A stretch of 63,812 nt of DNA, counting the filler, from Dugesia japonica (lineage: Eukaryota), in assembly GCA_001938525.1 (NCBI GenBank). It is 6 parts of 6 records of this genome, joined end to end, with 100 filler letters (N's around TTAATTAATTAA, not from the genome) between each part and the next. Parts side by side here need not be neighbours in the genome. Positions count along the whole stretch, not along the records: positions 55,059 to 63,812 come from MQRL01593148.1; 5 more parts are not named here. One strand, 5' to 3'. The translations under genes were made by a program, and so were the position numbers. Shown here one piece after another: positions 54,959-63,812 of the stretch. Position 1 is the first letter of the stretch. Every line of letters starts with the position of its first letter. Below the pieces are notes generated by a model. The model was not told the DNA's origin. It worked only from the letters and a program-made list of their open reading frames with translations, and did not search any database.

Positions 54959-56799
54959 NNNNNNNNNNNNNNNNNNNNNNNNNNNNNNNNNNNNNNNNNN
55001 NNTTAATTAATTAANNNNNNNNNNNNNNNNNNNNNNNNNNNNNNNNNNNNNNNNNNNNTACGTTGCGGTATTTTATTTTTGTATAAATACTAATTTGAAA
55101 TCATTTTTCACCCACTTCTTGATTTATAGAATTTGAATCTAGAGATCTATACAACTTGTATAATTTTTGTACATATTAAATTTATAAAAGAAAAATTTTT
55201 TTACTTCATTAATATATCAACATACATTTTTGGAATCACAACGATAATTTTAATTCGATAACGCTGAAAACATTTTTAAAAAAATATATCATATAATAAA
55301 TTACACTTACAAATAAATCATTTATAATAAAAAGTTAAATATTATTTCAATATAATATTACTTAAAATATTTCTACTAATATTTATTAAAAGTTTACAAA
55401 TAATGTACATAAAAAAAATTTATCTTTAATTATTAATTAATATATTTTACAATTCAACCAAATGTTACTTTGAAAACTACACATACTTTTTTTACACAAA
55501 CTCTGTTAGATAAGTTGTTAAAAAATCAAAATAAAAATTAAACATTTTACATTTTACATTTCTTTCAGTTTATTTCAAAATACTATATTTTATTTTTGCC
55601 TGACCCTTCCTCCTTCCCCTTCCATGACAGGTAAACTTTTCTGGTTTGGAATTTTATTGGCTGGAACTTTATGTTGTAAAAAATTTTGGTACTGAATTAT
55701 ATTTGTCAGAAATTTGTGCGTGTATAAATTTTCGCGGGCAAATATTGTATTTATTTTAGATATTTGAAAATTTTTTGGTGCGTAATACGAATGAACAAAT
55801 TTTTGTTTTATTACATGTGTTGGAGTTCCATCTGGATTGGATATTTTAATTTATGACCGGGGAGTCTATCGCCTAGTAGAACCCCGCTGGGAATTTAGTC
55901 TAGTGTCCCTAAGCTAACTATTCAGGATAGGGTCAGTGACTCGTATCTCGAAGGCTGAGTGCAAAACTGTCTCCCTTTGGTTTGGGTTCAAAATCTTCTC
56001 CCTAATTTATGCTTAAAATGACGATAACTCGACAAGACTAATATTTACTTGCACTTCTGAGTATATCAAGAGTTGAGTTCTATAATATCGAAGGCAGCTG
56101 CATCATTGTCATCATTCCACAGGCTAATGGCTTATGTACTGTGCCTTGCAGCTAAGATCGTTATGTATTGGGTTAAGAAAGCNNNNNNNNNNNNNAGACG
56201 ATTAGTAGTTGCGTTGGCTATAGCTATTTGTCGCTTGCAAACGGTGTCTAGTTGTTTAATGAATTGATTATTCTTTGGAATGTGCCGCAAGAACATCTTT
56301 CCCGGGGTTTATAATAGTAACGTTCTATTCGCAAGTCTCGCAATAGTCGGTGACACTTATGGATGGATCTTGTAAGCTGACAATTATACACTAGAAATTA
56401 ACAAGATCAATCGGTTGGCTATTATAAACACAATTTAGAAATAGAATGAATTCAACAATTATGTACACTAGAATCTTCGTTAACTATCAATTCGTTAGAT
56501 CAGTAATTCCAAAACTATTTTGGTTTGCACCATACCGCAATTTATAAAAATTTTTTGGCATCCCAAATCAAAATATTGGTCTAAAATTATGCAAGTTTTT
56601 AATTTATAGGTTAATTATATCTTTCCAAGTTTTCATTCTTCGTTTACAGTTTAGTGTAACACCAGGTTACAAACATAAGTCAATGGATCTTTATTCATAC
56701 TTTGTATTGGTTAATTTTATAGATGGTGGCTATTATTGGAAAATGCATGTGCCGCTTTTGGGTGCCATCACGCACAGTTTGAGAACCACTGTTTTAGAG

Positions 56800-57350
56800 A
56801 CTTGATTATTATTGCAAACTCTNAAAGTATTCTTGAATATTAAATATCATAAATAATTCACAAGGAAACATATAAACTATAACGGGATTTTTGTTAATTC
56901 CAATATGATTCGACATTCTGGGTATGAGCTCCTGTTTGAGGGTTAATAAAGTTCATTTTATGATTAACTGNNNNNNNNNNNNNNNNNNNNNNNNNNNNNN
57001 NNNNNNNNNNNNNNNNNNNNAATAATAAGCTCTCCACTCATCACTATGGATAATGCAGCCTGGACGCACTAACTGAGTAATTATTGGCAATAAAGTATCA
57101 GCTTTTCTATCAGGCTCCACCCACATAAATCTTTTAGCGGGAACATAACTGCAGTTTACAATTCTAAATACCCATATTTAGGAATCTGATAATCTGCCTC
57201 GATGATACTTTTGCTTATGATAAAATGTTTTTGTCAATTTGACATACAACATATTCACCTCCGAATTTAATTGGATGCCTCAGAAAATAGTTGGAGACAT
57301 AGGTTCTCAACAGTTTGAAGATTTTAATTATTGTTGATGGCTCAATCGAT
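56800..57350 (-). mobile_element. Merlin (IS1595/ISXO2-like) transposase relic
   Basis: IKFGGEYVVCQID, EPDRKADTLLPII, IIHSDEWRAY, FINPQTGAHTQNVESYWN. Confidence 0.8.
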
Positions 57351-59439
57351 ATCGACTTTTTAATCTGATATAGATTAAATAAATTCGATATCGATATAAA
57401 TTAAATAAAATTAAATTTCAAATAAACAAAATATTAATAAAATATCAAAATGAAATGTTGAAAAAGTAATCGATTAAAATAGCTTTATAAAATTTTTTAA
57501 AAATGTTAATCAGCGATAAAATTCCTTATTTAATCAATGCAAAATTCGCCAAAATAATCTCTACATAATGAAATTAAATTTACTGTCAAACTATTGGCAT
57601 GGTACTAATTTAGTTTTAAAAATCATGATTAAATTACGTGGTAAAAAATGCAGAATCACAGGCAAACACTTACTAACGTGTCTTTTTATTCATAATTACT
57701 AGTGAAAATTAATTCATTTGCAAACTACTTTTCGAAATTATCAATTCCAATTCAAAACGACAATTAATTGATTTATTTTGTAATGACAAAGTTATCAAAT
57801 TTTAAGATTCTAATCAATTCGCAAGTCAATTATTATTAACTATCACTATAAAATCGACATGCTTTGATTGAAATATTTACAGTTTTATCAATTTAATCTC
57901 CACCAGATCGCTTGTATTCATTGATTGCTAATCGTAAACCTAATAGCATCGTTATGTATATGGAACACTATAAAAGTTCTCTACTCAGTTCTAAGAAATA
58001 TTTATAACAAGTCAATATGAAATTACACGGAAAATTCAATCAATTAAAATCATTTCAAGAGATTCAAAGAAGATTTATCAAATTATGGTTACATTAAAAC
58101 TTAGTTAATGTTTTGCATATAAAATGTGATTTCTTTAATGTACAGATAAATAAATTTATAAAAAANNNNNNNNNNNNNNNNNNNNNNNNNNNNNNNNNNN
58201 NNNGTAATAACATATTCAAAGTTCAATAGATTGATTAAACTTTCTCTTCCAGCAAGCATTCTAAAAAATAAAACGTTCAATGTTTATAAAATAAGGATAA
58301 ATCGTATAGATACATGAGTTGCGAATATCTATCATCATTAAAATCTTATACTCGACAGAATGATCCGGAAACAATTGTTTCTGGATCAATTCTTTTAATC
58401 AGATTTTCATTGTCAGAATTGAAGCAAAAAATACCCGTGACAAATCATAACCACAAATGCCAGAAAGCTCGAAATGATAACATAAGTCATGAGGCTATTA
58501 GGAATATTGAAAGCTGTAATAAATCGCAATTACAGTTTTACCTTTAATAACTGTATAGCTAAACACTATACTACTTATTTAAAAAAAATCAAAGAAGTTT
58601 GACAATCGTTGATAAGGAAAGAAAAGGGGATAAAAAGTGTCTGAAATTATTGACATTATTAATGGACAGTCCCAAATATAAAATTCATACATGTAATTTC
58701 GAAGCCAACAATGCAGTAGCATCAATAAAATGAAGCCCAACGTATGGAAAGACTGATGTTGACACGAATATGTTAAATTGTAATGTCGTAAAATGTTATA
58801 GCATGTTTTACAAGACTAAATTAATTATCTAGAATTTTTTTATAATTGATTGGGAAGCAAAGATGCTGTCAATGATTAAACTCATACCTTTATAAGAATT
58901 TACTAATTTAAGATGATTTAAACATTTAATACTTCTCTAAATATTTATAATCCATCATCTGTTTGATTTGATCCGTTCATCACAATAATTTCAAAACTTT
59001 ATTAAACTTAGGCCTTGAAAACTTAAAGAGGTATTTAATATAACGTTATATATTATTTTAAATACTTTATTATTCGTAAAATAGACCATATAGATATATT
59101 TGATCAAAATTTGTATTGTACTAAGTACATAATTATACTTTAGTATCATGCATCTGAATGCTTACATTTCGATGAAAGATTTGCCTAATTATCCGATATT
59201 TCATTTGTTGTATTTTATAATCTGTATAATTTACATGTGGGACTGTAAATGGGAGCCTTGATCATTGAAATGTTGGACAAGTCAGAGACTCCTGAATTGC
59301 AGGAATATATTTGTCTATCCATAATAAGTTAGATTTTGGAAAAGAAGAACAGTTTTACTGCTTTTTATCATCTGAATATGAATTTATTTTTGTTATTATT
59401 TTATCTTCAGTTTTCTTTGAAATTAGTGCTCTCAACCTT

Positions 59440-60556
59440 TTTTCTTTGTTTAGATTTGAAACGTACAATTATCCAGTTACGGAAATTGATAATAACATAG
59501 AGGAACTTAGAATTAAACTATTAGAAGCAGATAAGCATAACAAGAATAACATATCACAAAGTAATGAAAACAAAATTATTAAAGAAATAAAAAATTTTAA
59601 ATCAGTTATCATTACACCAACAAACAAACAAATAAATTGGAAGCTTTGCTTGAACAGACACACATCGAATTTTTTTCTGAACACTGAAATAATTATCATC
59701 TCCCACAAAAGACTAAAACAAATTTAATGAACAATTAATTACAATTGCAGAGAAATATAAGGACCCAATTAAATGTTTATTTTTAATACTAAATTGTCAT
59801 GAACTATTTCCATCCTCGATGTACTATCTTCCCAAATATAACAAAATAATAATGAAATTGTCAACGCTTTTGATACTCAGTCAGCTGCATTATGCAAACT
59901 CACGATAGATAGTTTAAGATCACTATTAAATTTTATTCAGGCCCATTTGAAGAATAGTTATTAGTTTGTTGAAGGAGTTAAGAATTATGACTGAAAGAGT
60001 GATGACGAATTTGGTTTTTTGGATGTTACAAATATATATGGATCAATTCTCATTGAAGGACCTGAAAATATCATCGATATTGTAAGTGACTTTTTGAAAG
60101 ATACAAAAGCAAACAGATATCCCAGAGATCCCCAAAAATGATTTTAAATGTCTTATCAATTTGTGTCTTTTCTCTAATAACATCTTTATCGGTGATTTGC
60201 TTTTTAAACAAAAAGGTGGTCTGGCAATGGATAACAATTTGTCTTCTATTCTGGTGATAAGTTTTATGAACATCATTGAAAACAAAATCATTTTTAAAGC
60301 AAGGAAGAAAATACGTCTATGGTTTAAATACATGGATGATATCTTCTTATTAATTCACCGTTAGAAAATATTTTGGAATTAGCCAATAGTATTGATGATA
60401 ACATCAAATTCACTTTTTTATGGACATTATAATCCAAAAGAAATCTGATGGAGTATTAACTACCCAATTATACATGAAACCATTTTACAGTTGACATATA
60501 TTACCCTGGAGTAGTATTACTACCATCATACAGAAGATTGGAATAATCAAAGGTGA
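59440..60556 (+). mobile_element. Penelope-like element RT fragment
   Basis: LDVTNIYGS, LFKQKGGLAMDNNLSSIL, WFKYMDDIF, NIKFT, HILPWSS. Confidence 0.8.
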
Positions 60557-61879
60557 GTAGGGAAATAGGTACACAAGAGAACAGTTGATAAATTTTTTTA
60601 GTTAGAAGTATCACAAAATTTATAGAAAATAAGTCTAGGAGATGACCTCAAAGCCATAGGATTTTGAGAACATTCTTGTGTTTTCCCTTTTCCTGAATTC
60701 ATCTTGTCCTTGTGAAAACCCATCTTTGTATTTATTTAATTTTGAAATGGAATTTTTGAAATATAAATTTGTAAATAGAAAAGTTTAAAAAATGTTATAA
60801 AACATTTAGTTTGTTATTTGAAATTGTTACTAAGATGGTTTGAAATTTAAAAGATTTATTTAAAAAAATTAACACAAATATTTGAATTTTTATGAAATAA
60901 ATATTAAATGTATCATTAAATATAAATTATATATAATTTAAATTTAGTTATTAAATTTATTTTTACAATTACAATTATTGTGACAATAATTGTTGGACTT
61001 AACCATTGATCGTATTTGAGATTTCATTAAAGTAAAAGCTTCGATCAAAATAGTTTTGTTTTGGATAGTATTTCTAATTTTTGGCTTTGTCTTCGTCAGG
61101 AATTGACTTTAAAACAGTTTTAAAAAATAAATGTAAAAAAATTTTAATTATTAAATATTTTGATATTTAAATGTATTTTGTTTATTATATTTTAAAATTT
61201 TACGATTATTTTAGATTAATTTCTCAATTTCTTAATTTAGATTAATTAATTAATTTAGATTAAATTAATGATTTATTTTCAACAAGAAATAAAAATGATA
61301 AAGATTTGTTTGAAATACGAAAGTTCGAAATTTGTTTAAGAATAAAATTTATATTGTTATATATTTTTATTAAATTGTTGTTTTAATAAAATTTTGATAG
61401 TTTTTAAATTCTTCGATGAATGTTTCAAAGTCATCTAACAACAATAAATTTATTTTTAAATAAATAGTTATTTATATTTAAAACCATAAATTTTAAGAAA
61501 TATAAAACATAATTAATATCAGATAGAAATATTTTAATTAATTAATTAATTAATGAATAATAATTATAATAATAATAAACAATTCAAGTTATCTTACCAG
61601 GATGAAAAACTTTTGAAACATTATAAAAATGAATAACTATTATTAATTACTTCTCATTTCATATGAAATAAATATAAATTTTGCCAGCAATTTATCAAAT
61701 TTAATTATAAAANNNNNNNNNNNNNNNNNNNNNNNNNNNNNNNNNNNNNNNNNNNNNNNNNNNNNNNNNNNNNNNNNNNNNNNNNNNNNNNNNNNNNNNN
61801 NNNNNNNNNNNNNNNNNNNNNNNNNNNNNNNNNNNNNNNNNNNNNNNNNNNNNNNNNNNNNNNNNNNNNNNNNNNNNNN

Positions 61880-62592
61880 TGTAACAAAACTAAGGTTGGA
61901 TAATGAATAGTATAGAATTTGATCATTATAGGTTGAGGTCCATACCCCATTGTTTTATTTTGCTCTTTTTCCAACCTAAGGTTTCAAGAATGTTCCTGAA
62001 GAGAAAGTTTTGTCCTAAATAATACTGATTTCATGGGTTTAATTATTGCATTTTACACAGTTCTCCGCATTCAGTGTAGAACAATTCAATTTTTTTAAAA
62101 TTAAATATCCAAATCTCTCTTCACATTAATTTTCTTAATAATTTATGGTGTCCTATTTCATTTTTATTTGTTATATTTAACTTTAGTTAATGAATTTTGT
62201 CTTTACTTAGGTGTCTCAGATTGTCATTAAAACAAACCAGGGCATAAATAAATAAAAACATAAAATTTTAATATACAAAACTAAACTATTAAAGAGGATC
62301 AATAATTTTAATTGATTAATTTGTTACATTTNNNNNNNNNNNNNNNNNNNNNNNNNNNNNNNNNNNNNNNNNNNNNNNNNNTCTTCACATTAATTTTCTT
62401 AATAATTTATGGTGTCCTATTTCATTTTTATTTGTTATATTTAACTTTAGTTAATAAATTTTGTCTTTACTTAGGTGTCTCAGATTGTCATTAAAACAAA
62501 CCAGGGCATAAATAAATAAAAACATAAATTTTTAATATACAAAACTAAACTATTAAAGAGGATCAATAATTTTAATTGATTAATTTGTTACA
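61880..62592 (+). mobile_element. Probable LTR (TGTAAC...GTTACA) followed by PBS-like/leader sequence
   Basis: Inverted terminal TGTAACAAA/TTTGTTACA and an internal AATAAA; 62119-62331 is duplicated across the gap. Confidence 0.5.
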
Positions 62593-63812
62593 TTTGTTGG
62601 GGTGAAACACCTGGTACGGAAAATAAAAATGGCGAAATCTCGGATATTNNNNNNNNTAAATACTGTTCTATTTGGGTTTAAAACAACGATTTCCGAATCG
62701 AAAACTATGGAAAATTACGGAGGACTTCTGGAGTTATTAATCACAAGCGAGAAGACGTCCGTCCAAGTGCTGTGCTCGTCCCGGATCTGGATTCAGACTG
62801 TTAGTTTTATTACTTATAGTAATTGTTAGATTAATGTACCACAAGTGAAATTTAACATTTGTAATATATTTTTCACTTGTTAATTTTTTTTTCTGTTTTT
62901 ATGATAATTAATTTAACCATTAACTAGTAAAAATTATAATTAATTAAGATTAAACTAGGTAATACACTAAAGACTAATAAAGTTGAAATTAATAAAATAA
63001 AGACTAATAAGAAAATAAATAATAGGAATCAAGTATGTCTTGGAAGTTAAGCGAGTATAGTGAAGGAGGAACCCCAACCAAAGGAATACGAGTCTGCACT
63101 CGAATTCCGAGTCAAAGGCTCCATTCCGAAAATGAAAAGTTAAGATGAATTAAATATTATCAGTTTTAAATTCATAAATTTACAATTAATGCTAGATTTA
63201 AAATATGACTAACAATTAATTATTTATTAAATTATAATTTGTTTTACCATATTAAATAAAATATGTTTGCATATAAAATAATGTGTACATCGATTCAATA
63301 TAAGCGAGATGCACATATTATATCATCATTATTTATCATATTCAATACACATGTAAGATTTTATTTAATTAATTATGTTTAATTTTATTCTAGATTATTT
63401 ATTTAATCAAATGGTTTTTATCGAATGGATTTAATGGAAATTATTATATATTATTGAAAATATGAAAACTTGTATGAATAATGCTATTGGAATTATGAAT
63501 ATTTATGAGCAATGCAAATAAGTAAGAATTTATTTTCATTTAATGCTAATGTTTAATTAAATGGTAATAATTTTTGTAATGATTTTATTTGAATCTAGCA
63601 ATTTTTAAAGTTAATTTAATATCAACTAATAATTTTATTTTCAGATTATAATTGTATAATTTAATTATATGAATTCTTATTATGAATTATGATTAAATTT
63701 ATTGAAATATAAAAACTTATAAAAAATTTTATGAACTATGAAACTATCAAAAACATAAAGGATTTTGATCGAAGCTTTTATTTTAATGAACTATTATTTA
63801 TATTTATTTATT

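Noticed and set aside
62119-62594. Tandem duplication (also 1486-1650 and 48984-49168)
   Set aside because: Near-identical sequence on both sides of an N gap is typical of unmerged contig overlaps or haplotypes.

Overview
AT-rich eukaryotic (metazoan) draft-assembly DNA with very short introns (43-54 nt), most consistent with a planarian/triclad flatworm (inference). The window is a patchwork of six segments joined by identical 100-nt linkers (N44-TTAATTAATTAA-N44), so adjacency across linkers is unproven. Host genes: two exons of a diacylglycerol kinase zeta/iota C1 domain (-), the terminal SAM-domain exon of liprin-alpha (-), and a complete 4-exon secreted EPN-type C-type lectin (+). The rest is a transposon graveyard: mariner/Tc1/DD41D, hAT, MULE, Merlin, Ty3/gypsy, Penelope-like elements, a Polinton-type DNA polymerase relic, MITEs and satellites. 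The most striking signal is a ~3.9 kb decayed plus-strand viral/retroelement-like polyprotein (10180-14100). In it, a Bcl-2-like domain (BH3-, BH1- and BH2-like motifs in one frame) runs through a hydrophobic segment into the N-terminus of a chuvirus-like envelope glycoprotein. A dispersed inverted-repeat family carrying a hammerhead-ribozyme-like core is also present. All family calls are by eye from motifs; no database searches were run.
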